This document shows, one piece after another, positions 12,421-24,730 of a DNA stretch of 64,000 nucleotides; position 1 is the stretch's first letter, and each line of letters opens with the position of its first letter. A program made the translations under genes and the position numbers. Where the stretch lies: assembly GCA_038143065.1 (NCBI GenBank), contig JAYQLI010000035.1, positions 2,016,894 through 2,080,893 on the forward strand, written 5' to 3'. Origin of the DNA: Rhodospirillales bacterium. Its GTDB lineage: Bacteria; Pseudomonadota; Alphaproteobacteria; Bin95. The notes under the pieces were generated by a model. It did not search any database and was not told where the DNA came from. It was given only the letters and a program-made list of their open reading frames with translations.

Positions 12421-13300
12421 TGTTTTTCTTGCCTGCTGGCTTGGCAGGCAATCCTTTTGCTCCAAGGTCAATAACCCGTACGAAGGTAATTCTGCGCCAA
12501 TCGACAAAAGTCTGGGCTAATATCTCCCCTTCTATTTCGCCAGCGACAACGCCAATAGGCAGGCCTTGAGGGTATATGCCTCCATGGCCTGATGTTGTTA
12601 TTAGGTCACCTGGTGACAAGTCAGTGTCGCTGGCTACAAATTTTATCGAAGGATTTTCCGTGTTGTTTCCCTCCAGAATTGCCCTTGTTGCCTTTTCTCC
12701 CACCAGAACGGGCACGTGAGAATTAATATCGGTTAATAGAAGGACTCGCGAAGACCTCTCCCCAGCACTTATCACCCTGCCAACAACGCCATCACCAGTC
12801 ATTACCGCTAGATCAGATCGCATGCCCTTATCTTCGCCTACGTTGATAAGAAGCACCCTTGCAAAGGTACTTCCAATCTCGGCAATAGCGCGTGCAGATA
12901 TAAATTTCGCGTCAGGACCTGGGTCAAACCTAAGTAGCGACTTTAATTCCTGATTCTCTGCTTCCAACTTTCTGGCAAAGACTTGCCACTGCAGCAGTCG
13001 AGTGTTTTCTTCTTTGAGCCGTTCATTTTCTTCAATGAGGTTGGCAAGGTCTACAATATGATTGGCAGCATTGCGAGCAAGCAGCACAGGTGCTGATAAA
13101 ACTTCTAGAATTGGGGCGCTAATATCTGAAGAGTTCGCGCGAATTTTATCAACTAAGACAGTTTCGATTTTACCAATGAATATGAGAGCAACTGCGCTAC
13201 CAACTAAAAATACATAAATTAGACGCTTAAAAGCGGGTTTAACGGGCTGAGACGATTCAACGAGTTCGTCTATCGGCGCTAATCCTGAGTCGCGCGCCAT
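12413..13300 (-). CDS. mreC: rod shape-determining protein MreC
   Basis: TM helix, coiled coil (ENERLK, ENQELKSLL), GVVGRV, TSGHGGIYPQGLPIG. Confidence 0.93.
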   Translation of the reverse strand: MARDSGLAPIDELVESSQPVKPAFKRLIYVFLVGSAVALIFIGKIETVLVDKIRANSSDISAPILEVLSAPVLLARNAANHIVDLANLIEENERLKEENTRLLQWQVFARKLEAENQELKSLLRFDPGPDAKFISARAIAEIGSTFARVLLINVGEDKGMRSDLAVMTGDGVVGRVISAGERSSRVLLLTDINSHVPVLVGEKATRAILEGNNTENPSIKFVASDTDLSPGDLITTSGHGGIYPQGLPIGVVAGEIEGEILAQTFVDWRRITFVRVIDLGAKGLPAKPAGKKNNG

Positions 13301-13336
13301 GTTTCCCTATTACACCCCCATTAACCAAATTTTCAA

Positions 13337-14412
<1,076 letters not shown>

Positions 14413-14628
14413 CTAAAGAATAAACGCGAGGGTTTTCTTGATAATCTTGGCAGAATGTTAACAAAAATGAGCCGATAGCAAAATTTTGAAGGTTTTTATG
14501 TAAAAATAACAAGTTCAGAAGATTGGGTTAATTGCGGCTAGTTTCGGATAACGGCCCAGTTTTCTGAACCTAAAAACAAATCAGCAAGGACAGTATAAAG
14601 TTTCGATTAGTTGAGAGGACCACACCTG

Positions 14629-15624
14629 ATGGAGAAGCTTGCAATTGCAATTTCTGGCGGCCCGCGCCCGTCCGAGATAGTGGAACTTTTAATTAAAGCA
14701 GAAAAATTAGGCTATGAATCTGGTTGGGTTGCAGAGGGTCACGGGGGTGATCAATTTGCAATTATTGCTTCGGCAGCTTCCAAAACTGAACATTTAAAAT
14801 TGGGCACAGCTATTTCGTCTATTTTTGTTAGAACGCCGCCTACAATAGCCATGGCAGCGGCAACACTGGATGACATTTCTGGTGGTCGTTTTATTTTAGG
14901 TTTGGGTTCCAGTCACAAGGTTCAAGTGGAGCCAGAGCATGGTGTTCCCTATGGGAAGCCAATCCTTAGAACTCGCGAGACCGCAGACTTTGTTACTCGC
15001 CTGATTGCTAATGGAGAAGCTGGGATAGAAGGAGAAACCATCTCAATAGATCGGTTTGACCTGTGGTTTGAACCTGTCCGCAAAAAGGTACCACTTTATT
15101 TAGCTGGTCTTTTCCCAAAAATGCTGGAGGTGGCTGGTGAAATAGCAGATGGAATTATTTTGACCCGAAGCACATTAAAAACAGCCTCAAGTGTTCGCGT
15201 TTCTATTGCCTCTGGTGCTTCTAAGGTTGGGCGAGATCCATCTAATATTGTTGTCACTTCGTTACTACCAACATCGATTTCTGAGAACAGAACAGCAGCA
15301 TTTGACGCTATGCGACCAGGGCTCGCCTTCTACCTTGGCTTTTTCCCTCGCTATAATCGATTGGTATCTGAACATGGTTTCGCTAGGGAAGCCGCGATGG
15401 TGGCAGAAGCGTGGATTTCTGGAGATGCTGAAGAGGCAGCGCGGCGTGTAACTGATGAGATGCTGGATTCTACAGGAATTGTTGGAACTCCTGCGGATGC
15501 GCGATCTAAAATTGCTGCTTATCGAGCTTCGGGTATCGACCTTCCTATTTTGAGTCCTTTTGCTCGTGGGCCAAAAGCTCATGAGACATTTCACTATGTT
15601 TTGGATGCATGCGCTGGGGCATGA
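14629..15624 (+). CDS. LLM-class (luciferase-like) flavin- or F420-dependent oxidoreductase
   Basis: WVAEGH, LGTAI, AATLDDISGGRFILGLG, GEIADG, VGTP. Confidence 0.88.
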   Translation: MEKLAIAISGGPRPSEIVELLIKAEKLGYESGWVAEGHGGDQFAIIASAASKTEHLKLGTAISSIFVRTPPTIAMAAATLDDISGGRFILGLGSSHKVQVEPEHGVPYGKPILRTRETADFVTRLIANGEAGIEGETISIDRFDLWFEPVRKKVPLYLAGLFPKMLEVAGEIADGIILTRSTLKTASSVRVSIASGASKVGRDPSNIVVTSLLPTSISENRTAAFDAMRPGLAFYLGFFPRYNRLVSEHGFAREAAMVAEAWISGDAEEAARRVTDEMLDSTGIVGTPADARSKIAAYRASGIDLPILSPFARGPKAHETFHYVLDACAGA

Positions 15625-15690
15625 CGCTTAAATTTCTGGTGGCACCTTGATTTATTTGCGGGTTTGAAAGGGAAACTATACAGCTTGTTG

Positions 15691-16850
15691 ATGCAACGCT
15701 TTGTATTCGCTCTGGTAATTTTAGCAATAGTACCGTCTTTAGCTCTTGCCGACGTGCTGGGAGTCCGCGCTGCCCCCAGAGGAGAGGGTTTACGGTTAGT
15801 AATTGACCTATCGGAACCCAGTAAATTTCGAGCCTTCGAGCTATCTGAACCTCCTCGTGTGGTGGTCGATCTCCCTAAGCTTGCTTGGCTTACAAATAAG
15901 TTGCCCGATAAAGTTCAGGGGCTAGCAGGTATTCGATATGGCCTTTTTCGCGCAGATGTGTACCGACTAGTTTTTGACCTTGAGCGAAGTGCGGCGATAT
16001 CTTCTGCCAACCTTATCTTAGGGCGGCAGGGCCAAGGCAAAAGGCTTGTAATTGATCTTGAATACGGGGCGAAGCTAAAGGGTCAGCAATTTGGCACCTT
16101 TTCTCCTCTTAAAACTCCCCAATACCACCAACAAAACCCAAAGAAGAATGGGTGGTTATGATAGACGCGGGCCACGGAGGGGTTGACCCAGGAACCATCG
16201 GAGCTGGAAAAGTTCGAGAGAAGCATGTGAATCTAGCTGTAGCTAAGAAGCTGAAGAAAATCCTTGATTCTAAGCCTGGTTATAATGCTAAGCTTACCCG
16301 TACTAAAGATGAGTTTCTGAGACTTCGTGAACGTGTTCGCATTGGCAGGGCTAGTAGAGCAGATCTTTTCATTTCAATCCATGCAGATGCCCACCCAGAC
16401 CCAAGTGTATCTGGCGCTTCAATTTATACCTTGTCAGAGAAGGGCTCTGACAAAGAGGCAGAGCGACTGGCAAAATCAGAAAACGCTGCGGACTTAATCG
16501 GCGGCGCTCCATTAGAAGAAGACAATCAAGAAGTCGCTAGCATTCTAATAGACCTGGCCCAACGCGAGACTAAAAACCAGTCTTTGGCAGTCGCAGACGA
16601 TATCTTATTTGCTCTAGCGCCAACCCAACCCCTGCTGCGCCGCCCAAAGCGGTCTGCTGGTTTTGCGGTCTTGAAGGCGCCAGATGTCCCATCTGTTCTA
16701 ATTGAACTTGGTTTTTTGACCAACAAAACAGATGCTCACCGTCTATCCCGCCAAAAAAACCAGGAAGCTATTGCTAATGCTATTGCTGCAGGGATTGTTC
16801 GCTATTTTGAAGGAGCGAATACGGCTCGGTCACGACAAAATCCAAAATGA
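15691..16850 (+). CDS. N-acetylmuramoyl-L-alanine amidase (AMIN + Amidase_3, AmiC-like); frameshift near 16118
   Basis: signal peptide, RLVIDL/PPRVVVDL AMIN repeats, IDAGHGGVDPG..EK, FISIHAD, LIELGFLTN. Confidence 0.9.
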
Positions 16851-17275
16851 TACAGCTCTGAAAAGCTGAGACCAATTAACAGAATTAGTTTTACTACTGA
16901 TAACACTGCGAACACAGGATGCGCCAAGGAGGCTTCCACTTGGCCACCGTCAGCGAGAACAGAAGCTCTTTCAGAAAGAACAGGATGCAACCAAAGCTCT
17001 TGCAAAATAAAGATTACAGCGATCACGCCAGTGACCAAGGTTCGCTTTGGAGGAAATTTCAGCGCTAAGACACCCAGCAAAATTAATCCCAGGAAACCCC
17101 ACTCTATTACCGCTACTCTTTCAAAAACTCTGGCCGCTGCGGAATACGCAAATGACTTTTCGGCTGATGGAACGTCAAAAATGGCAAGAATGGATAAAAT
17201 TCCACCTCCGAAAATCAATCCAGCCCAAAGGCTTGGAACTAAATTCATGAAGACGTGGGCCGCTCGTTTTTTCAA
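16802..17275 (-). CDS. 4-TM membrane protein, DUF4149-like
   Basis: four hydrophobic segments, LHPVL..R and H-x-x-F near the C-terminus; family call from recollection. Confidence 0.55.
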   Translation of the reverse strand: MKKRAAHVFMNLVPSLWAGLIFGGGILSILAIFDVPSAEKSFAYSAAARVFERVAVIEWGFLGLILLGVLALKFPPKRTLVTGVIAVIFILQELWLHPVLSERASVLADGGQVEASLAHPVFAVLSVVKLILLIGLSFSELYHFGFCRDRAVFAPSK

Positions 17276-17276
17276 A

Positions 17277-17735
17277 TTAAATGTCCATATGTCGCTTGCT
17301 TAAGCTAGCTAGAGCAACCGTCGAGGTTATTGCGGCAGCAGTAAAGCACCATGCCCCTATGCCCACACGAGCGTCTGCCACGATGCTCGATTTTGCTGTC
17401 ATTACGACTAAAGCAATCACAAATACGTCTAACATCGACCATTTTGACACTGAATTTGCTGCCCGCAGGACAGATTTTGCTTTTTTAGGCTGCACCCACG
17501 CGAAAATCCCAATCATAACCTTGCACGCAGGAAACAGGACAGCGAAAGCTCCGATAATTAAAATCAGAAGCCATTCACCGTCCTGAAAAAAGGTAACAAG
17601 GCCTCCGTATATCGAGTGCTTTGTCTCAAAAACCCAAAAACTCGTGACAGAGAGGATTGGAAGAACCCAGCCTGCTATTAACAGTGGTCCCGACAAGAGG
17701 AGGGCCCAAGGAGCTGCAGAAGACCAGAGTCTCAT
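17277..17735 (-). CDS. paraquat-inducible protein A (PqiA) domain membrane protein
   Basis: SIYGG, FAVLFPACK, SKWSMLDVFVIA signature. Confidence 0.85.
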   Translation of the reverse strand: MRLWSSAAPWALLLSGPLLIAGWVLPILSVTSFWVFETKHSIYGGLVTFFQDGEWLLILIIGAFAVLFPACKVMIGIFAWVQPKKAKSVLRAANSVSKWSMLDVFVIALVVMTAKSSIVADARVGIGAWCFTAAAITSTVALASLSKRHMDI

Positions 17736-17737
17736 TG

Positions 17738-20023
17738 TTAAATAGACCTTCTAACCTTTTTGTGGATTTGATCCTTGGTCTTAATCTCAAACAATTGTTG
17801 TCCAGCAACAGGCACTAATGCAGCAAGCGCGATCCAATTTGAGCCATCGCTAGGGGCGACCATCATAATTGCTCCGAAGGCCAAGATTATTCGCCATCCG
17901 ATGCCCAGGGGCGCGGCTAAATACCCTGTGAGTGCGGCTCCAAGCAAAATGATGCCGGCTGCGCAAGATATAACGACACTAAGATACTCGACTAAATCGA
18001 AATCATCGATGACGATCAGCATCGTTGGCGCGTATACAAAGACAAACGGGACCATCACTTTAGCATTTCCAAGTCGAAAGGCTGTTGTGCCTGTCTTGAA
18101 AGGATTGGCGCCGGCAATTCCACCTGCAGCATAAGCTGAGACGCAAACCGGTGGAGTCAGGTCAGCAAGAACTCCGTAATAAAGAACAAAGAGATGCGCT
18201 GCTAACGGTGGTACACCTAAATTCCCAAGAGCAGGCGTCGCAATCGCCTGAAGCATTATGTATAGGGCTGTTGTGGGAAGGCCTGCTCCCATCAAAACAC
18301 AAGAAATGGCAATAAATAGCAAAGATATAAATAGGGTGGCTGAATCAACTGAGAAAAGTGCAGGCCTGTCAGTGCTGTTTCCAATTAGGTCGGCCGGTAG
18401 AGAAGCCGTAAGTGCTGACAATGCATCAACAGTCTCGAGTGCTCCCTGGGTCACCATGAAACCAAGTCGGAAAGTAACTCCCGTCAATGTTATGACACCA
18501 ACAACAATTCCAACGGCGGCCCCTGCTGCCCCCACAGCAAGGGCATATTTAGATCCCATTGCGAACGCGGCCGTTAAGCTCTGTCTGTCTAGGCGTTGTT
18601 TCCATCGGGTGAATCCGATTGTGAGGGCTGCCGCGAAAAGCCCAAATGTCACGGGGTCAAACTTTAGAACTACTATGTCAAGAACTGTTGCTAAGCACGC
18701 CAGTATTCCCGCTCCTGCAGCAAATAACGGCCAGCCAATAGCTAAGGCACTAGAAATTCCCCAGAACGCAGCCAGGTAAGGGGTATATCCAGAAAAAAGG
18801 ACATAAATAAGAATTATGAGAGGCACGGTGGTGTGCCAGCCACGCTTCATGACATCCTTGAAACGAGGCACCTCGTCTGCAGGTAACCCTTTAAGGCCAA
18901 GCCTTTTGGCTTCAAAGTGAACCATCGCTAACACGGCTATATAGTGCATAGCCGCTGGCGTCGCGGCCGCTAAAATTATGGTCGTGTATTGAATTTCTAA
19001 GAATTCCACCATCAGGAAGGCAGCGGCACCCATTATCGGTGGGGTAATCTGGCCTCCTGTAGAGGATGCAGCTTCCACGGCTCCCGCAAAATGACCGGGA
19101 TAACCAACGCGCTTCATCGCAGGAATGGTTAATGAGCCCGTGGTTACTGTGTTGGCAATTGAAGATCCTGAAATAGTACCGAAGAGGGATGAAGAAATGA
19201 CCGATACTTTGGCGGGGCCGCCTGATAGCCGGCCTGCTACTACCTGCGCCAACTCAATAAAGAATTGTCCCAATCCCATTCTTTGGGCAACAACTCCAAA
19301 TAGGACAAAATGGAAGACGATCGAGGAAATTACTTTTACTGGAACACCGTATAGCCCCTCGGTGGTAAGGTATAAGTGGTTCACGAGATCGCTCCAGGAG
19401 GCTGGAGGGATTAAAAGAACCTGAATTGGAGAAAGATAACCAAATAATGCATACAGAATGAAACATATCACAACAATTGGTAGCACCGTACCCATCGCAC
19501 GCCGCACGGCTTCAAGGGATATTAAAATTAATATAGTACCAAAGATGATGTCAGTTTGGTTCGGCGACCCAATCCGAAAATTCATTTCTTGCATTGGAAT
19601 TGGCCAGGATAGCCCTGTAAACGTAACCGGAACGTAAAGAGCAGAAATCAAGGCAAGAATAGCGAATACCCAGTCCCAAATGGGCACTCCACCTAATAAA
19701 ACCTTCGTATTTTTTTGTGATTTACGGCTAGATGAACGCCTAAGTTCAAAACACAGAAAAATTAATCCGAGAACGGCAGCTAGATGAATACCCTTATGCC
19801 ATTGTTCTCTGGGAATTCCAAAGCCGGCCGTGTAAAAGTGATAAACACCAAGTCCAACCAGTGCCCAAGTTATTGCTCGCTGAAGCCATGGAGCAACGGG
19901 CCTAAAATTCATTTCTGGATCGTACTGTGATTCCAGTTCTTCAAGACGTTTCTCGTCAGGGAGTTCAGCGTTAGGATCCCTGAACTGACTGCCACTCGGT
20001 ATTTCTTTTTTCTCGGTAACCAT
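17738..20023 (-). CDS. TRAP transporter fused 4TM/12TM permease (TAXI-associated)
   Basis: GGPAKVSV, GTISGSSIAN, AASSTGGQITPPIMGAAAF, GLPTTA, ADLTPPV. Confidence 0.93.
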   Translation of the reverse strand: MVTEKKEIPSGSQFRDPNAELPDEKRLEELESQYDPEMNFRPVAPWLQRAITWALVGLGVYHFYTAGFGIPREQWHKGIHLAAVLGLIFLCFELRRSSSRKSQKNTKVLLGGVPIWDWVFAILALISALYVPVTFTGLSWPIPMQEMNFRIGSPNQTDIIFGTILILISLEAVRRAMGTVLPIVVICFILYALFGYLSPIQVLLIPPASWSDLVNHLYLTTEGLYGVPVKVISSIVFHFVLFGVVAQRMGLGQFFIELAQVVAGRLSGGPAKVSVISSSLFGTISGSSIANTVTTGSLTIPAMKRVGYPGHFAGAVEAASSTGGQITPPIMGAAAFLMVEFLEIQYTTIILAAATPAAMHYIAVLAMVHFEAKRLGLKGLPADEVPRFKDVMKRGWHTTVPLIILIYVLFSGYTPYLAAFWGISSALAIGWPLFAAGAGILACLATVLDIVVLKFDPVTFGLFAAALTIGFTRWKQRLDRQSLTAAFAMGSKYALAVGAAGAAVGIVVGVITLTGVTFRLGFMVTQGALETVDALSALTASLPADLIGNSTDRPALFSVDSATLFISLLFIAISCVLMGAGLPTTALYIMLQAIATPALGNLGVPPLAAHLFVLYYGVLADLTPPVCVSAYAAGGIAGANPFKTGTTAFRLGNAKVMVPFVFVYAPTMLIVIDDFDLVEYLSVVISCAAGIILLGAALTGYLAAPLGIGWRIILAFGAIMMVAPSDGSNWIALAALVPVAGQQLFEIKTKDQIHKKVRRSI

Positions 20024-20043
20024 TAGTTCAAAACTGCAAATCT

Positions 20044-20082
20044 CAAAGAAAGGCCCGGCCAATACTTAGATTTGGCCGGGCC
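20044..20082 (-). terminator. stem-loop between TAXI binding-protein and permease genes (partial terminator or mRNA stabiliser)
   Basis: GGCCCGGCCAA-N9-TTGGCCGGGCC at 20052-20082, followed by TTTCTTT on the minus strand. Confidence 0.7.
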
Positions 20083-20106
20083 ATCAATTCGTTAGATAGG
20101 ATCTAA

Positions 20107-21111
20107 CTATTTCAAAAGTCCTACTTCTTTATAGAACTGCTCGGCGCCTGGATGCAGAGGAATTCCGATAGCGTCGAGTGCAGAAGACGTTTGTACGTCT
20201 TTACCTTTAGCATGACCTCTGTCGAGCAGCTTCCGGGTATTTTTGTTCCAAAGAGCTTTAGTGATGCCGTAAACAAGCTCTTCTGATTGATCGGCAGAAA
20301 CTAGCCATTGGGCCGCAACAGCTAACGTTGCTGTATCCGTGGAGACTCCCTCATAAGCGGATGCAGGAATCGGAGATCCAAAGTAGAACGGCGCTTTTTT
20401 GATGACAATTTCTTGGATTGGTTTAGGGATCGACATCAGCTGCAAACCTGCAGTCGAAGCGAGTTGCGCTATGCCTGATGAAGGAGCACCCGTAACAGTT
20501 AAAAATGCATCTAATTGTCCGTCAGCAAGTCGTTCGGCAGATTGAGAAGTATTCAACTCTTCTGCAGTGAAATCTTTATTTTTCTCTAACCCGGCAGCGT
20601 TAAGAATGAGAAGCGCCCCCACCTGTGCACCAGAAGCGGGAAGCCCAACGCCAATCCGCTTACCTTTCATATCTGAAAAGGTTTTTAGATTTGATTTTTT
20701 AGGAAGTACCACATGAATGTGCTCAGGGTATAGCGTGGCTATGGCCCTTAATTTAGTCAGAGGTGCCTTGCCTTCAAAAACACCTGTGCCTGTATAAGCC
20801 CAATATGCAACGTCTGATTGTGCCAGACCGCTCTCGGCGGCGCCTGACTGGATAGCATTAACGTTTGCGACAGACCCATTTGCTGACTGGCCAATTGCAA
20901 TCAAGCCAGGTACGCCGCATGAACCGCCTTTATCGCAGGGGCGTGAACCTGGTGGATTTGAAATAGCATTTGCGAGCAAACCCGCCATTGGTAAATAATT
21001 GCCGCCAGCGCTACCGGACACAATCCTAAAGAAGCTCGGTGTTTGTGCACTTACAGCACTCGTCGCTAGTAGGGCACCTGCTGCTAAAGCCGCAGTAATA
21101 AACTTTCGCAT
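20107..21111 (-). CDS. TAXI family TRAP solute-binding protein
   Basis: signal peptide MRKFITAALAAGALL...AQ, GSAGGNY, GSVANV, QSDVA, LYPEHIH, IPLHPGA. Confidence 0.93.
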   Translation of the reverse strand: MRKFITAALAAGALLATSAVSAQTPSFFRIVSGSAGGNYLPMAGLLANAISNPPGSRPCDKGGSCGVPGLIAIGQSANGSVANVNAIQSGAAESGLAQSDVAYWAYTGTGVFEGKAPLTKLRAIATLYPEHIHVVLPKKSNLKTFSDMKGKRIGVGLPASGAQVGALLILNAAGLEKNKDFTAEELNTSQSAERLADGQLDAFLTVTGAPSSGIAQLASTAGLQLMSIPKPIQEIVIKKAPFYFGSPIPASAYEGVSTDTATLAVAAQWLVSADQSEELVYGITKALWNKNTRKLLDRGHAKGKDVQTSSALDAIGIPLHPGAEQFYKEVGLLK

Positions 21112-21154
21112 TGATTTATCAGCCTCGCATTTTTCTAATAAAAAGGAGAAAATA

Positions 21155-21180
21155 GTATTTAGGTTTTTAAAACTAAATAC
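21155..21180. promoter_or_regulatory. palindromic candidate operator between divergent TAXI and dienelactone hydrolase genes
   Basis: GTATTTAG-gtttttaaaa-CTAAATAC, perfect 8-bp arms. Confidence 0.45.
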
Positions 21181-21285
21181 AAATGTAAATCCGGATGCCT
21201 TTGTTGGTGATATTTTTATGACTAATTGAGCTAAGCAAAAACGCAACCAAAGCCAGCGTTTTAAAATGCTTAAAGAGGAAGATGC

Positions 21286-21987
21286 ATGCTCAATACTGAA
21301 GTGAAAACCGAAGTAGGTTCTATGGGGGCGTATATTGCTATGCCCAAAAACGCTGGTCCTGCACCAGCAGTGGTCATCCTGATGGAAGTCTTTGGTGTTA
21401 ATAGATTCATTCGCCGCATTGCTGATTTTTGGGCACAACAAGGCTTAATTGCATTAGCACCAGATTTATATTGGAGACTGAGGCCTTGCATTGAGTTAGA
21501 CCCAGAAACGGATGGACATAGAGAGGAGGCTTTGGCTACTCGTGGTCAGATGGATACTGGCGCCGCTGTCCTCGATGTTGAGGCTTGCGTCCAACATCTC
21601 CGCAAGATGCAAGCCTGTACGGGTAAGGTTGGTACGTCAGGATACTGCCTTGGTGGTTTGCTTGCATACTTGTCAGGGATCCGTGGCACTGCAGATGCGA
21701 ATGTGAGTTATTATGGTGTGGGTATTGAAGCTTATTTAAAGGAAGCTGAAAAACTTCAGTCACCATTTTTATTTCATGTTGGTGAGACAGATGCATGGAC
21801 ACCACTTCCAGTGCGGCGCGCTCTCGACGCAGCACTTCTTCCGCTAAACGATGTAACCTCACACACATACGAGGGAACGGGCCATGCTTTCGCGCGAGAA
21901 GGGGCTAGTGCGGATGTGCCAGAGATGCGCGAACGCGCGAATGCCAGGACAAAAGCTTTCTTTCAGCGAACGCTTGGGCTCCAGTGA
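21286..21987 (+). CDS. dienelactone hydrolase family protein
   Basis: EVFGVN, APDLY, GYCLGG nucleophile motif, YYG, GHAF. Confidence 0.92.
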   Translation: MLNTEVKTEVGSMGAYIAMPKNAGPAPAVVILMEVFGVNRFIRRIADFWAQQGLIALAPDLYWRLRPCIELDPETDGHREEALATRGQMDTGAAVLDVEACVQHLRKMQACTGKVGTSGYCLGGLLAYLSGIRGTADANVSYYGVGIEAYLKEAEKLQSPFLFHVGETDAWTPLPVRRALDAALLPLNDVTSHTYEGTGHAFAREGASADVPEMRERANARTKAFFQRTLGLQ

Positions 21988-22063
21988 CGCGTTGACAGGC
22001 TCGGTCGCTCTCCGCCATTGTCCGACAAGTTTTGATTTTATTTTCCAGGGAGCTTTTGGTTCT

Positions 22064-22921
22064 ATGTCGACCGCTGAACTCGCCAATACAATTGAAGAGG
22101 CTTGGAATAACCGAGAGGAAATTTCCAGCAGCACCAAAGGTCCAATCCGGGATGCCGTTGAGGCAGCTCTAGACGCCTTCTATAGCGGACAAGGCCGCGT
22201 GTCGGAAAAAAAACAAGGCGAGTGGATAGTCAATGAGTGGTGCAAGAAAGCAGTGCTTTTATCCTTCCGTCTTTACGATAGTGCTCCAATGGCTGGAGGC
22301 GCTGTGGATCCTACTTTCGGGCGATCTGCTTGGTTTGATAAGGTCCCACTGAAGACTTCCGGATGGGGTAAGCGCGAGTTTGATGCTGCTGGTTTTCGAG
22401 CAGTACCCGGCGCCGTTGTTCGGCGGTCCGCATACATTGCAAAAGGCGCAGTCTTGATGCCTAGCTTTGTAAATCTTGGGGCTTATGTTGGTGAAAACAC
22501 AATGGTCGATACCTGGGCGACTGTTGGCTCATGCGCCCAGATTGGCTCAAATTGCCATCTTTCTGGAGGTGTAGGCATCGGTGGTGTTCTAGAGCCCATG
22601 CAGGCAACTCCTGTGATCATTGAAGATAACTGCTTTATAGGTGCTCGTTCCGAAGTTGCTGAAGGCGTGATTGTGGAAGAGGGAGCTGTATTATCCATGG
22701 GTGTATTTGTTGGTGCATCCACTAAGATAATTGATCGACACACTGGCGAAGTGCACGTCGGTCGGGTCCCCGCTTATTCAGTCGTTGTTCCTGGCACTTT
22801 GCCGGGTCACGACCTGCCAACAGGTGGTCCAGGGCCTTCAACTTATTGTGCTGTTATAATGAAGACAGTCGATGAAGGCACTAGAGCCAAGACCTCCATT
22901 AATGACCTGTTGCGCGATTAA
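22064..22921 (+). CDS. dapD: tetrahydrodipicolinate N-succinyltransferase
   Basis: [49 protein letters not shown]. Confidence 0.97.
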   Translation: MSTAELANTIEEAWNNREEISSSTKGPIRDAVEAALDAFYSGQGRVSEKKQGEWIVNEWCKKAVLLSFRLYDSAPMAGGAVDPTFGRSAWFDKVPLKTSGWGKREFDAAGFRAVPGAVVRRSAYIAKGAVLMPSFVNLGAYVGENTMVDTWATVGSCAQIGSNCHLSGGVGIGGVLEPMQATPVIIEDNCFIGARSEVAEGVIVEEGAVLSMGVFVGASTKIIDRHTGEVHVGRVPAYSVVVPGTLPGHDLPTGGPGPSTYCAVIMKTVDEGTRAKTSINDLLRD

Positions 22922-24086
22922 ATGGGGCTCTGGCCACTTGATCCTGTTGAGCTTGCTCAATCTTTGATTCGTTGTGAGAGCGTTACGCCAATTGATGGCG
23001 GCGCTCTAGCAGCTCTCGAAGGATGGCTGCAACCAATGGGTTTCACTACCGAGCGAATGCCCTTTCAAGATCAAGGCACCCCTGATGTAGACAATTTATT
23101 TGCTCGAATTGGCACAGCTAATGCGGGCCAACATTTTTGCTTTGCGGGACATACGGATGTAGTGCCCGTAGGCGATTCTAATGAATGGCGCGACCCTCCT
23201 TTTGCAGCCACTGTCCGCGAAGGCATTTTATATGGGCGCGGCGCCGTTGACATGAAGGGCGCCATTGCAGCGTTTGTCGCTGCATCAGCTGCATACCTGA
23301 ACGATATCAATAAAGAGCCCAAAGGGGCTATCTCTCTTCTGATTACCGGAGATGAAGAGGGGCCTTCTATTAATGGCACCAAAAAAGATGCTGAACGTTC
23401 TTGGTGAGCGTGGCGAACGCTTCGATGCTTGCATAGTAGGGGAGCCAACAAATCCCTTGCAGATGGGGGAAATGATCAAAATAGGTCGCCGCGGAAGTCT
23501 GAATGCCGTTTTAAGTGTTAAAGGCGTTCAAGGGCACGTGGCCTACCCGGAACGAGCTGATAACCCAATCCATGGAATACTACCGCTTTTGCATGCATTA
23601 ACTGATACGCCGTTAGATTCTGGACATCCCCACTTCCCAGGCTCCAGCTTGCAACTCACATCTGTTGATGTGGGCAATACAACAACCAACCTGATCCCTG
23701 CAAAAGTGGAGGCGCGTTTCAACGTTCGCTTTAATGCAAATTTCGATGGGGCGGCGCTGGAAAAAGAACTCAAAAGACGCTTGGATGCTGTGGGTCGTCC
23801 ATATGAGCTGTTGGTGTCGGTATCTGGTGAAAGTTTTGTAACAGAACCAGGACAGCTAACGGAGATTGTTGCAAAAGCAGTTCAGACTGTATCTGGTAGT
23901 CGACCTGAGTTCTCGACATCTGGCGGCACATCGGACGCACGTTTTATTAAGGATTATTGCCCTGTGGTGGAGTTAGGCCTAATTAGCGCAACTGCCCACA
24001 AGGTTGATGAGCATGTTGCTACTCAAGATATTCGCGATCTAGCAGAAACCTATCGATTAATTCTACACGCGTTCTTTGAAGGTTAG
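22922..24086 (+). CDS. dapE: succinyl-diaminopimelate desuccinylase; extra A in run 23381-23386
   Basis: FAGHTDVVP, GRGAVDMKG, GDEEG, GEPT, GRRGS, QGHVAYP, GGTSDARF, HKVDE. Confidence 0.96.
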
Positions 24087-24092
24087 GGATAG

Positions 24093-24657
24093 ATGCTAGG
24101 CGAGTTATGCCGCAATTTGAAAATCGCTTTTAGACTTGCCGCATTTGACTCTTCACTCACAGGGCTTTTGCCAAGGAAATGGGGAAAGACATTTCTGGCT
24201 TTCTTTCTTTGCTTTCCCTCTAGTTTTAGCGTGCGTATATATTCAAAGCAGCATTCTGTCATTCGCTGAACTTGGCCTTAACTCATCAGGGGCAACTATC
24301 TCAATAAAGTTGCTGTTGGTAATGGCTATTGTATGGCTGGCATCGTTGCATATTGCGGCATCATTCGCTGAGCAGTTTGGTCAGGAAGATGCATGGCTAA
24401 AATATGTGATAGCTTCAAATTTTTGTGCCTTAGCCCAAGCGCTGATTACAACGTCAGCCGCTGGCGTTGCAGTTCTTTTGGGTCTGTCGTCAAAATCATA
24501 TGACACCACAACATTTGTTTTATTTTTATGGTCCATTGCATATGATTGGTTTGTTGTTCGCCGAGTTTTAGGGCTGTCAAAATTCCAAACCACAGCACTA
24601 ATAATGCTGGAGTTTGTGCTACTTTTTATGATGCTATCTATTGTGGGACCGCGCTAA
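24093..24657 (+). CDS. hypothetical multi-TM membrane protein; probable frameshift near 24170
   Basis: AGGGA RBS + ATG 24093 (MLGELCRNLKIAFRLAAFD) joins the FWLSFFA...YVIASNF frame of ORF 24136-24657. Confidence 0.65.
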
Positions 24658-24730
24658 CTCTAAAATCAGATAAACAGTCTGGTAAAAAATTGAAATTTTG
24701 CATCAAAATCATGCTGAGGAGATCCACTAA

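Noticed and set aside
21112-21441. Long N-terminal extensions in the ORF track (TAXI; also dapD, mreD, mobB, moaE, FAD subunit)
   Set aside because: They overlap neighbouring genes or spacers; downstream ATGs match family N-termini
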